64,000 nt of DNA, from positions 1 to 64,000 of the forward strand of contig JAAILG010000642.1 of the NCBI GenBank assembly GCA_012026655.1, read 5' to 3'. Positions 48,991 through 61,150 of this stretch are shown in pieces. A model generated the notes under the pieces. The model saw only the letters and a program-made list of their open reading frames with translations, was not told the DNA's origin and did not search any database. The position numbers and the translations under genes are program-made. Source of the stretch: Hydrolagus affinis. Taxonomy: Eukaryota. Each line of letters starts with the position of its first letter. The first letter of the stretch is position 1.

Positions 48991-50510
48991 TTCTCACTCT
49001 GGCAAGTCAAGTGCTTGGTTGTGAGAGGCAAGTTTAGGACACTCTGGAAGGATCAGATCAAACCGTACCAATCTTGTGAGATTGCTGGAATATGTTTAAT
49101 GGGCCGAATGTCCCTTCACTCCTCCTAAACTTATAAACGAGCTACCTAAAAGGTTGGCCCACCTTTGCAGGGAGTCTCTGATCTCAGCCAGTAATATTCT
49201 AGATTTACGCCACCTGTAAATTTCTGAGGACATCATTAAATAAACGTTGCCCGTTGGATAATTGAGCTCACGGCTTATTACGAAGTAATCTAGATAATCA
49301 AATTAAGGCAGGGATTTCATTTTTCACATGGCTGGTTTTGCTGTCCCAGTGCTGACTCCGACAATTCGAGAAAGTTTTAATGTTTCTACTTGAGATAAAG
49401 TAACACAATATCAAAAGCCGCCGCATTCTATTAATGAATTGGGTGGGGACGCGCAGTGAGTGAGTGCATTTAAGCACAATCTCAAATAATAGCTGTATAT
49501 ATGTATATCTATGTATTTTTGGGTGGTTTCTGGAGACACGGATTTTAATGCATTTCAAAACCGAAGAGGGAAAATGAGTTACGACAGGTTCAATCACCCT
49601 CTGAATAACTGAATTTTCTGCGGATTTGTTAACAAATGACAGCTGAAGCCAAATTGCAAATGGGGGGTGGAGAGGGGTGGGAGCTGGTCTGCAAATCTCC
49701 ATTAATGCCCCATCTCCTTTGGAACATTTGCTATTGTCCAGTCTTCACCTATAGCACCAGTATAGTACATAGCACTCCTTCCGTCACAACTTCATAGCCC
49801 TGAATTACTGGCAAGTAAACAAATGGCTAGAAAAATAGTCACAAATATTAGAGGTAGTCAGGATGAGTGGAGGGGGATAGAAAGGACTGGTGGCGTGGGG
49901 GTAGGGTGACAGTTGCAAATACGGGAAAGGAGGAGGAATCATATGCCCCAATGTCAAGCTGTGTAAGAAAAACACAAAAGAAATATCATCTGTGGCAAAA
50001 ATGGAAAGGATATCAGCCTACTGACCCTCAGCATCCTATCTGGGAGGGTTTGAGGTGCAGGGAAAATGTGTCTGTCAGGATTTAACCTTTCGAATCATCA
50101 ACGCAGCAATACCGAGAAGGATTGCAAACCAAAGTCCTTTTCAAACACAAAAGGACAACGCATGGAATTACAGCAAAGTCCCGGAGTTTAACCAGGTTCC
50201 TAGGCAGAGCAGCTAATATTATTGTAATAAAGCTGCTCAAACATCGCTTATAGCTTTATGACTGTAACATTTGCCCTAACCTACTAAAGTAAACGCAAGA
50301 GCGAAAAAACAATATTATCAAGTGACTGACTGCGGTAACGTTGAAAAAAAACCGAACCACTGTTTGCCGTAGTTCTTTGCAAGTGCAGCGAACCTGTGCG
50401 TAGAGCTCTCCTCACTCTTTGGAAAGACGGCTTTCACCAACACATTTACATTGATGTAGCACCTTACACATTAGGGAGAAATCCCAAGGAGCTTTTTCGG
50501 AACAGTGCGT

Positions 50511-50813
50511 GCATTTGATATAGCGCTTTTCATATCTTATCGACGTCTCAAAGCACTTCTCAGAGTATACTGTAAAGTGAATTAACTGTATACTGTATTT
50601 GTGAGTGAAAACGCAGCAGCTAATTGCACACGGCAGTGTCCCACAAATAGTCGCGGATTGAAAATGACCAATTTTTTCCATTATTGTCTTTTTTTGGAAG
50701 GATTATTATTAGGCGTGTGGAGTAAGGAAACTTGCCCAAAGTTTCGCCCTGATCTGCCTGGATTCGAACACAGATTTCACGCTTCTAAGGCAAGTACTCT
50801 AACCACTGAGCTA
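50511..50813 (-). mobile_element. tRNA-derived SINE
   Basis: Family consensus on the minus strand. Confidence 0.9.
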
Positions 50814-51534
50814 GAATGAGGCTCCTGGACTCCCCACATGACGCCCACCAAACTCAAAACTGCTTCTGACTAGCATGAGCAAGTCTGCAGGATGTACAAT
50901 TCTAATGACCTTGTTGTTGAATATCAAAGCTTACGGGATACCATTCAGTCAATAAACAGCAATCTTCAGATCTCTGCTACCTTTCGAATCTATCTCCACC
51001 ACCCCCCCACCACCCAACTCAAAACCAATTACAGTTTTCCAAATACCAAGTCAACACACAACACCGAAATCTATCGTGTCCCACTGTGCTACTTGAATTA
51101 AACGCTCGTTGAGAGCCACTTAAATGAAGGATGTTCATCCAATTTCCCATTGACAATTAATAGTGCGGTCTGGAGCAGAACACACTCTCTCCTTTGAATA
51201 CTTTCCACAAGGTCATTAATCTATTTGATTAAAGGAACTCGAATGTGTCAAAATCGATTTATCTGAGATCAGGGTCAAGACTAAATTTTCATCTATCCCT
51301 GAAAGACACACTTCAGCTTGTTGACTAATACATCGTGTATTTTAAACTAGTGTTTATTATGTGCATCAGTTTGATGAGTTAAGAACATTTCAAATGCAAT
51401 TGTTCAGAACTGTACTATTTCCAAGCGATCTGCATCCTAATGTATGACAATTGGCGCAGTCGGCAATATTCTCTGGGTTAGAAGCTGCGAGTTCATGCCC
51501 TGTGCCAGGACTGTATTCTAGGCTAGCTGCCAGC

Positions 51535-51800
51535 CATAACCAACATATCGCATTTGTGCAGTGCCTTCACATCACAAGAACATTGGACACTCAGGGATCC
51601 ACAGGTGAGCTGGTGTTTGGGATTAGGACGGTTGGAGGGGAGGGGGTAGGAAGTTGGCTGAAGACCTGAGTGAAGAGGAGGGTCTTGAGATGAGTCTTGA
51701 AGGGGGGGGCAAGGGAGCGGGCGAGGCCGAGGGACGGAGGGATGGAGTTCTGAGAGGGTGGAGGCAGAGCGGCTGAAGACCCGCCCGCCAATGGTAGGGC
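51535..51800 (-). mobile_element. L2 3' end
   Basis: QNSIPPSLGLARSLAPPFKTHLKTLLF followed by a decayed tail. Confidence 0.8.
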
Positions 51801-53766
51801 CAACAGTGCAACACGAGGGAGGAGAGAGTTGCTTTCACTGTTAGTTTGTTTTAAGTTCACGTCAAAGATCCTTCATCATTCACCCCACGATCGCTTGTGG
51901 TACTTTCCGGGCTACAAGTAAGTGCAATGTTGTTTTTTTCAAAAACAAGAGAGACACTGCTCTTGGCAGCATTGCATGTGAAGTGCTTTGAGCCATTTCA
52001 AAGAGATAAGATGCCATGAAAACACGAGTTCTCTCTTTATAATCCAAACACGGTACGCTCAAACCCTCCACAGAGGAAACCAACTACATACATTCCAGTG
52101 GAATGTAAAATCGATCATTATGAAGTGGCAATATGCATTGATTAAAGCAAATCTGACATCCTGCGCAGAAAGCAGAGACGGCGATTTAGTAACACTATTC
52201 TCCTGCTACTGCAATTTTCAGTCCATCGGTGAGGATGCAGGTAGTATAATGGTGTCTTAGCTGCTGTGCACAGGAGGGGGAGGCTTGATAACATACAAAC
52301 CAAACCAAACCAACATACCGCTGTTTTTGAAAAGAGGTCAACCTATGTCGATGTCTATGTTATTTTACATTAAGTCAAAACCGTAGCAAGTGCTATCAAA
52401 CTGACAAACAGATTAAGTTTTGATGACTCCATGTGTAAATACTGCAATATACCTGCCATCAATATCCACTATGAATGTGTCTCTTTGACCATGCCTTAGG
52501 AATGGTATTAGAATGGTGTTTTCTTTCCCTGTCCTTTGATGCCCAGCACTCAGAAATGCTACCCCGCGTGAAAGTCGCTATATAAATGCAAGTCGTTGAC
52601 CCCATACTCAAAGTACAAGTTAAGTCTAAGTTACAGAGCTGGAGAGCAGCCGTGTTTTGGAGTGATCAATTTAGTGCGGTATGGCCTATCATAGATCGAT
52701 TAACAATGGGGCTTTTCTGTGGTGACTTTTGAATAAATAGTAAGATATTCACACTGCGACTGACGGAAAAACTCACCCTTTCTTCCTGCCGCTTTCAAGA
52801 TTACGATCTGAATTTGCCTGAGTGCTATTCTCCATTTTCTAAGGTGAAATCCCACAATGAGAAAGATAGCTGTACCATTGTACAACAGCAACAAAAACTT
52901 GCACTTACACAGTGACCTCCATTCCGAGTAGCATCTCAGAGGGCTTACCGTAGCTGCAACCATTATATTGCTCCCAAGCTGTTTATTACATGACAGAAGA
53001 AACACAAAACCCTGGCTTGAGGAAAACAATTAAATCTCAAATGTTGTTTGATTGTTAATGTTATTAAACAGCAGGCAGCATGTTAGCAACATGAACTGGC
53101 AATTCCTTGCAGGTTCCTTGGGATATCCAACCCTCTCTTGGGACCTTCCAACAGTGTCATGGGAAGTGAGCCCAGTTTGATTCAAACAAGCTTGTTTATT
53201 CTGCAGCGATTGCAAATCATGCCACCCCCTAAAAGTCCAGGAGCTTTGGCTCCGCGTCCCTTGTAAGCAATGACTAGAGGTCTAAGACTCAACGACAGAT
53301 GGTTGTGACTGCTCTTATGGCACACAAGCTCCTGGAAGTGATCTCAGGCCTTGGCTCCATCCCAAGAGAGGTACTGAACATTCGATTCTCTTTTTGCTGA
53401 AATTCTGCATCTCATTCTGAGCCCAGGAACAAACAGAGCGAGGCTGGCATCTCTCCACAGCGATGCGCTGGAAGATATTTTGTTACATTCACACAGCAAG
53501 GTCTCTGAAATTGAAGAATTTGCAACAACATCCATTTCAATATTGTTGTCCACTTTGATGAAAGCATTTCTCTTCCTCTTAGGAGAAAACTTTTTCAGAG
53601 TTTGCTGGGATGTGGAATGTCCTTGGCAAGTATAATTGGTTGAGGCATGGTCCATTGTGGGGAATTACAAGGGTATAAGAAGGATAGTGGCTTCAAAGGG
53701 GTACGGAGAACAGGGCAGTGGGATTGAACGCACAGCTTGCTCTGAGAGCCAGTGCAGACTCGATGT

Positions 53767-54068
53767 GGAATCCTATAGCTCAGTGGTTAGAGCACTCGCC
53801 TTACAAGCGAGAGATTCAATTCCTGGCAGGAAGTAACCTTGAGCAAGTTTCCTTACTCCACACGCCCAATAATAATCCCTCCAAAAAAAAATGAAACAAT
53901 AAGAATTTCGGCATTTCAATCCAAGACTGTTTGTGGGACAATGCTGTGCGCAATTGGCTGCTGCATTTTGCTCACAAATATACAGTATATTCTGTAAAGC
54001 GCTTTGAGATGTCTAGAAGATGTGAAAAGCACTATATTAAATGCAAAGATTATTATTATTATTATTAT
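53767..54068 (+). mobile_element. tRNA-derived SINE inserted in a CR1 3'UTR (CR1 pieces ~53660-53766 and ~54075-54110)
   Basis: Family consensus. Flanks read AAAGGGTACGGAGAACAGGGCAGTGGGATTGA..GAGAGCCAGTGCAGAC and GAATG..CCTCCTTCTGCGCTGT..TTCTATGATT. Confidence 0.88.
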
Positions 54069-54420
54069 GGTGATGAATGCCCTCCTTCTGCGCTGTGAAT
54101 TTCTATGATTTTAACCCGATTACAAGCATTGCATTTATGTTGAACATTACATTATATCACATTAATTGTCTCTTGTTCCTCTCTTGGACATAACTTGCTT
54201 CAATCTTAAACACAGCTGAAAGAAGGCAAAAAGACCCTATATTCACAGCACTGCTTCCACAGGGGATGCTGTTAATTTCTCCGCTGAATTATGGAACTGG
54301 CGTTAGCAGTTGTGTGCCTCAATGCGAAAGTAAACAAATTAAACTACCTCTTCAAATTTGCCATTGGTCTCTGTGCAGAGAGAAAAGGCGGATCAAATCA
54401 CTTTTCATTCCATGCAATGT

Positions 54421-54758
54421 GGAGATCCTGTAGCTCAGTGATTAGAGCACTCGCCTTACAACCGTGAGACCTGTGTTCGAATCCAGGCAGGTCAGGGCGA
54501 AACCTTGGGCAAGTTTCCTTACTCCACACACATGCCTAATAATAATAATCCCTCCAAAAAAATAACAATAATTTAAATTCAGCAAATTGGTCATCTCAAT
54601 CCACGACTGTTTGTGGACACTGCTGTGCGCAAATGGCTGTCGCGTTTCGCCCACAAATATACAGTCAATTCACTTTACAGTATATTCCGTGAAGCGCTTT
54701 GAGACGTCTGAAAGACGTGAAAGTGTTATATCAAATGCAAGGATTATTATTATTATTA
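54421..54758 (+). mobile_element. tRNA-derived SINE, full length
   Basis: Close to consensus: A box TAGCTCAGTG, B box GTTCGAATCC, (ATT)n tail. Confidence 0.93.
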
Positions 54759-55244
54759 GTACTGTACTATTTACAGGCGGCAATTACTAAGATGATATGC
54801 AGCGTCTGAACCCTGGAAATAGCCAGTCACTTCTCCTCTGAGTCACTGGACAGTCTATCGCAGAGGAAACTGTGTTGCTATGCTATGTGATGATACGGCT
54901 TCCGCAGAAGCGAGCTTCATGATTCCTGTTAGCATCACAGCTTTTCACAGTTCCTTTGAATGTCTGTATCGGCTCCTCTCGAGAACAGCAAAGAATGATA
55001 AATGGAAGTTGTCTCAATCCAGGATTTCGTCAGCAGCCTGCACCAGCTAATAATGCGTTTAAGATAAGCGAAGCGTTGACTCAATAGGAGCAATATCCAA
55101 CACAACTTTAGACCCTAACCAAGGACAGTTGATTGGCATTTTGCATAGAGACACACAACGCACCTTGTATAATAACGCACTCACTGCATTATTGCACCCA
55201 AACATGATTGCTTTATTCCTGATGCTGGTTACTCAAAAGTCTAC

Positions 55245-55790
55245 GCAACAACAACAAAATGACACTTGTATAGCACCTTTCACGTCAGGAGGACGTCACA
55301 GGGTGCTGGACAGTCAGTGTGTCAGGCCCAAGCTGGGGTCAGGGACGGGAAGGTTGGAGGGAAATTAGGAGATTTGGGGTGACCGATGGGAAGAGGAGGG
55401 TCTTGAGGCTGGACTTGAAGGAGGCTAAGGAGGGGTTGAGGCAGAGGGATTGCAGGATGGAGTTCCAGGGGTTGAGGGTAGAGTGGCTGAAGTCTCACCA
55501 GCCGATGGTGGGGTGTGTGGGTCGGGGGATGTGGAGCAGGCCGGAGCCTGCTGAGTGGAGGGGCCACGAGGTCACAGAGGTCGGATGGGACGAGCCGTGG
55601 GGGATTCGAATGTGAGGACCAGGATCTTGAATTGAATCCTCTGGGTGATGGGGAGCCAATGGAGTCGGGCAAGGATGGGGGAAGATGAGGTCACGGAGCT
55701 CGGAGTGGTAGAGGACACGGGCTGCAGAGTTATGGATTATCTGCAACCTATGGAGCGAGCCAGACACATTAATCATAGGACCAGCAACGT
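55245..55790 (-). mobile_element. L2 3' end, ~550 bp, frameshifted
   Basis: SLHRLQIIHNSAARVL..LLHIPRPTHPTIGW and further L2 C-terminal motifs, then the tail GTGACGTCCTCCTGACGTGAAAGGTGCTATACAAGTGTCATTTTG(TTG)n. Confidence 0.85.
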
Positions 55791-56589
55791 AGCAGGAATA
55801 AACAGTTAGATTTCTTCGACTCAATTCCTACTTTCGACAGGTTTTTTTTTTCGTAATGAATAAATCCAAATGGGTTAAATTATATCTATTTCTTCAACCT
55901 GTAATAGCCAGCATTCTTTTGTACCACAACTCCTTCCTGCCGTCAGAATAACGGGTTTTAGACAGAGTCAAACAAACGCTGAGAATATCACTCACCCAGG
56001 TGCCTTCCTTGCTTTCTCCGGCCCAGATTAATGTCCACCAGAGGCTAATTCCAGCGTTTGGGGAATTGAGCCAACAGATTTATTTTTGCTGGAGTCTGAA
56101 GGATTTCTGACTGCCGTTCGCCAGCGTACGTATTGTGGCGTACACTACACAGCCTCGGCTACACAGTCTGCGAAGCTGTCTGTCTAGTTATTAATAGCAT
56201 ACTTTCAATTTAAAAATTTATAAATAGATCCGGAATTGGGAACAATGGATCCGCCCAGGCTGTGGCTCGTGTGAGATAACTCGTGTCGTCGGATTGGCAA
56301 CAGCGTGGAAACGAGTTGGTCGAGAATAAGTTACCCATTCCGCAGTGAGGCCGTTGTGCCGTGATTACACAGGACGAACCGGCTTAAAATGTCCTGCAGT
56401 TTTCCCTATTGCGGTCTTTACACGTCGAGCATGCGATTGCTTAAGGAGAAGAGCAGCTAACAGATTCGAGTATAACCTGAGTGGGAGTATTGCCACCATT
56501 CTCCTGCCCGCAGACAGGAGACTGTAGCCCTGTAAACACTTTGGGATGTCCTCCTGATATGAAAGGCAATATATCGTACTGTAATCATT

Positions 56590-56785
56590 GACCTTACACC
56601 AGGTGGAGCCTCTCAATTGACTCCAGTTCCTCCATGGATTCATTACCTGAACAGACAGATTTGACCCTCGGTTTAACATCTCCTCTAGACTTTGTGGGTT
56701 CAATATACTGACTTGGGGGAGGGTTCCAACCCTCAGTGTTCCGAGTCAGAGACAAGAGCCCTACCAACCGAACCAGGCCGACATG
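56590..56785 (-). mobile_element. DeuSINE 5' fragment
   Basis: ACCCTCGGTTTAACATCTC and CCTACCAACCGAACCAGGCCGACA are the reverse complement of the Deu motif and head. Confidence 0.65.
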
Positions 56786-56963
56786 CACAGTACGCAATAA
56801 TAGCATTAGGTGTCGAGCAAGAACTCAGCCCTGGGTCACGGCCGGATTTGGATTGTTTGTGAGAGTTGGGAGCTTAGTAGTGTGAAGAGTCTTTGCAAAT
56901 TACAACCAGGGGCAACTGGCTGCAAGAAAAAGTGAATGGAGTTGACAAATTCTCTCACCCGCT

Positions 56964-57520
56964 TCATAGAATCATAGAATCTGAGGGCAAAAAAGGAGGC
57001 CATTCGGCCCATCCAGTCTGTGCCGGCTCTTTGAAAAGAGCAACTCAATCCCACTGCCCAGCTCTCTCCCCATAACCTAACAGACCTGCTCTTCCTAAAT
57101 AAAGATCAAATTCTCTTTTAAAAGCTGTTATCGAATCAGCCTCCACCACCTTTTCAGGCAATGCATTCCAGATTTGAACAACCCGCTGAGTGAAAACATT
57201 TCTCCTCAGTTCCCCTCTGCTTCGTTTTGAAACTATTTTAAATCTGTGACTACGAGTCACAGATTCGCCCACCCTGTCGAATCCACTCATGATTTTATAA
57301 ACCTCTATTAGGTCTCCTCTCAACCTTCTCTGTTCTAGAGAGAATAAACCTAGCCTATCTAGCTTTTCCTCATAACTGAAGTCCCTCAATCCTGGTACCA
57401 TTCTAGCAAACCTTCTTTGTACCCTTTCCAATGCCTTAACATCCTTCCTAAAGTGTGGTGACCAGAATTGAACACAGTACGCCAGCTGAGGCCTAACCAA
57501 AGGTTTATAGAGGTTCAAAC
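56964..57520 (-). mobile_element. Young CR1 LINE 3' end: open ORF2 C-terminus (stop at 57045), 3'UTR and (ATTCTATG)n tail
   Basis: LYKPLVRPQLAYCVQFWSPHFRKDVKALERVQRRFARMVPGLRDFSYEEKLDRLGLFSLEQRRLRGDLIEVYKIM...NVFTQRVVQIWNALPEKVVEA is a canonical CR1 terminus. 5'-truncated, so non-autonomous. Confidence 0.95.
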
Positions 57521-58845
57521 TTTTCTTTCGTTTGCAATTTTTTTGTGACAAACCAAGGCCAATATTGCCAGACCCCCAACCAGCAGACGGAGACTATTAT
57601 CTCAAATAATATCTCAGATCTCAGCTCATGTGAGCGAACAAATTTGATAGCTCACTGAGCCATCTTGCAAACAGTGATTTACAAAGATTCCCCTCCCCCA
57701 ATAAAAACATGTTAAATCCCCATATTTGGTATCTGTTGACATTGATAAGCAAAGCCCATGCAAATTCCACATTGACTTGTATCTGCACTTGCCATTGCTA
57801 AAAGGAACATCGCGCAACACTGAATGGGAGGGAAGTGCGGAGTTTGTGAGCTTTAGCGATGTGCAGTCTACAAACAGAGTCTAAAAGTCTAATCTACAGC
57901 AGATGGCTTTGACTGCCAAAAGGGCACCCAAGCTTCCCCAGTGAACTTTATAGATGATGCCGAGATCGCATTCAAACCAAACATTCCCTCTTAATGTTAT
58001 GTGTAACAGCTGCCACAAGGAATACTATACTGATTTCCTTGATACTGACATTCTGAAAATATTCTTGTATTCGACCAAAGTCATGGAATGGACAGGGCCT
58101 GTGTGTTTTTTTTAAATATTTATATACATTTAAACCTGTTTTTTTTCACACAGCAAATTATGTCAGAAAGAACATTTTGACAGATATTGCTCGATAGAAA
58201 ACATGAATCAAACAATCCCTTCCTTGCAGTTAGATTTATGGACTGGATAAAAAAAAAGTCTTTCCTTATTTGTCTGTTCCCCGTTTCAAATGCTACAACA
58301 TGAATATTGAATCGAGTGGGAATAATATTTGTTTCTGGAAGCTTAACAATAATGAATAATAAATAATAATAATCCTTACGTTTAATATAAAGTGCTGCCC
58401 TATCACATTGTCTGATGCATCTCAATGCCCTTCATTACGGATGTCTTTAAAGTGTAGTGACAATGTTGGCAAACACCAGATCACAAAGGACCCATATCAT
58501 CTCAATATTCCAGAATACCAATAATATCTTCCCATCGTAGAATAGACAAGATGGACTTCAAACTGATATGAAATGTCAATTTCACCTTCCTCGGATGAAC
58601 TAAAAGGCCGGTCGATACAACGGCAACAACAAAATTACATTTGTCTAGCGCTTTTCACAGTCCAAGCTGCTGGACTGTCAATATTTGAGAGCTGGGGTCG
58701 GGATCGTGGAGGTTGGAGGGAGGGGAGGGGAAGGGGGGTGAATGGTGGCATGGTCAAAGAGCAGGGTCTTGAGGCATCGAAATGTGAATAATAATCTATA
58801 AAAATAATTCTTGCATTTGATATAGCACCCTATCCTTTGTGGATA

Positions 58846-59161
58846 GGGTCCCATAGCTCAGTGGTTAGAGCACTCGTCTTACAAGGGTGAGACCTGTGTT
58901 TGAATCCAGGAAGGGCGAAAGCTTGGGCAAGTTTCCTTACTCCACATGCCTAATAATAATCCGTCAAAAAAAAAGCCTAGAATAACTTGATTATTTCTCA
59001 GTCCATGCCTGTTTGTGGGACACTGCTGTGAGCAATTGACTGCCGCGTTTCGCCCACAAATATACAGTCAATTCATTTTACAGTATATTCTGTGAAGCAC
59101 TGTGAGACATCTACAGACGTGAAAAGCACTACATCAAATGAAAGGATTATTATATTATTAT
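58846..59161 (+). mobile_element. tRNA-derived SINE inserted into an older antisense SINE tail (58803-58834 / 59163-59250)
   Basis: TTGCATTTGATATAGCACCCTATC resumes as ATCACGTCTTTGAGACGTCTCAAAGCGC after the insert. Confidence 0.88.
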
Positions 59162-59703
59162 CATCACGTCTTTGAGACGTCTCAAAGCGCTTCACAGTGA
59201 ATTTTGTGAAGTGAATTAGTTGTATATTTTGTGGGTGAAATGTGACAGCCTGGAGAGGTCATATTTAATCTCATCATTCTAGAATGCCAAACCTATTAGC
59301 CAGTGGCAGATTCAAACGGCTTGTGCTGCTTCTATCAACTGATCCTCACCCCCCACATCAGCGTATGAACACTAAACACCTGTTATGTGCTACCTTTGAG
59401 TGACATTAAATCTCGCATGTCCTGACAGCTGTAATCTTTTTAGAAAATAGTATTCTTCATGCGTAATGCTCTCACCCTGTCATTGCTAGTGATGTGGGTG
59501 CAATATCAAGGAAGGGCTACACTGTGAGGTAGATATGAATGAAGGGTTGAACTTATTTTCTCCAATAAGCAATCTCCCTCATCAATACAAGTCTCGCCTG
59601 GGAAAAACTGGACATTCAATTCACTTCAGGACTGTTTGTTGTTGTGCGGAAATTGATTACCTACAAAGTATGCAGTTACTCCACTTTACGTGATGAAAAT
59701 AAA

Positions 59704-59790
59704 ACGGATTATTATTAGGCGTGTGGAGTAAGGAAACTTGCCCAAGCTTTCGCCCTTCCTGGATTCAAACACAGTTCTCACACTTGTAAG
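59704..59790 (-). repeat. Tail-less inverted copy of 58878-58964
   Basis: 84/87 identity, including private variants TTTGAATCCAGGAAGGGCGAAAGCTTGGG not seen in other copies in this window. Confidence 0.9.
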
Positions 59791-60914
59791 GGAACGGCCT
59801 CAGTTGCGTCTCCTCATTTGCAGGGCGTTCAGCCTCACAGTGACCAGACTACTAAACGCCACTCAATACTGGAGTATACATTGTCCAACCGAATTGGTGG
59901 TTGCTCATCGATAGAGAGTAAATGCCTTTTAAACAAACATTTAATAACCTCCCAGCTCCCAGTTCACATTTTCCATCCTTCGGCCACCTCAAGATATTGA
60001 ATTTTTCTTCGTCGGTCATTGCAATTTGCTGTGACACAGCCAGGTAATGCTTTCCACCACCACCCCCACACCACCACCCCCACCCTCGCCCAACACCACA
60101 CACACACACACACAAAATCAAATATAAAACAGTCTCGATCTGCCAGGGTGATGACGTGAGGGAGAACGAACTCCCCCCCAAAATAAATTGCCACGGAGTG
60201 CAAACTATTAATCTATTCAGTAATGCACTGTGGTACAGTGTAACTATTGAAATCATCTCAGATTGATAACGCTGCCTACATTCACTTGGAGACATAACAG
60301 GAGGAGAAAACTGGCATCCTTAGGCAGGACGAGTCCAGGGTAATTTGCTTCAGTGTTTTAATATTACAAAATCATGACAGTGAAAGGGCGCGGGCAGACT
60401 TTTGTTAATGTCTTTTGTTTCTTATTTTAGCTATTTAATTGACATTTGACGGCATAATTCACACACCGCCACACTGTTAAAAGTGGAACCATCAGCGTCA
60501 CTTTCGGACACTGCAGATGCAGCATTAATGTTGCATTAAAATAGACTGGGCTTTCTGTGCCTCGGGCCATGAGATTTAATATCTGGCTCACTGCTTCCTC
60601 AGTAACCGAGTATCAAACCCCAGCTGCCGTAGAAAGAGTAAGTAAAATCAATAGGCTTTCCTGCACTGCCTCTGAACTGCTTCATCTTTACAACTGCGTA
60701 GTTACTTATACTCGGGCATTAAAAAAAAGCCTTTGGAGCCATTCTGAGCGCGCAACAAGGCGCTACATCGAACGCAAGGATTATTATTGAATGCAATTAT
60801 CTGCCCCCAAGTTCTTGCCAAATGGCCCACTAATGTACGCGATGGCTCTCGGCGAATTTACATGATCAGTGACTGGAGGGTGTCATATTTAACATAGTTA
60901 ACAAATGGGTAAAT

Positions 60915-61150
60915 GAGGTAGAGAGAAATGTTTTCACGCATCGAGTGGTTGGGATATGGAATGCGCCGCCGGGAGTGATGATCCACATTAGGATTCACAT
61001 TAGCTTTCAACACGACAGATATGCCTGTAAAAAGGAGTAAATTTAGCCGGGTGCGGGAAAAGAACAGGTTAATGGGATGCAGGAATTGCTCACAAAAGAG
61101 CCGGCACAGACACGGTGGTCCACATATCCTGCGCTATCAATTTCTGGCGT
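60915..61150 (+). mobile_element. Degenerate CR1 3' end
   Basis: AAATGTTTTCACGCATCGAGTGGTTGGGATATGGAATGCG (NVFTHRVVGIWNA), then 3'UTR AAGAGCCGGCACAGAC. Confidence 0.75.

Noticed and set aside
57045-57551. 168-aa ORF as a functional gene
   Set aside because: It is a 5'-truncated CR1 ORF2 C-terminus without the RT catalytic core or a real start codon.
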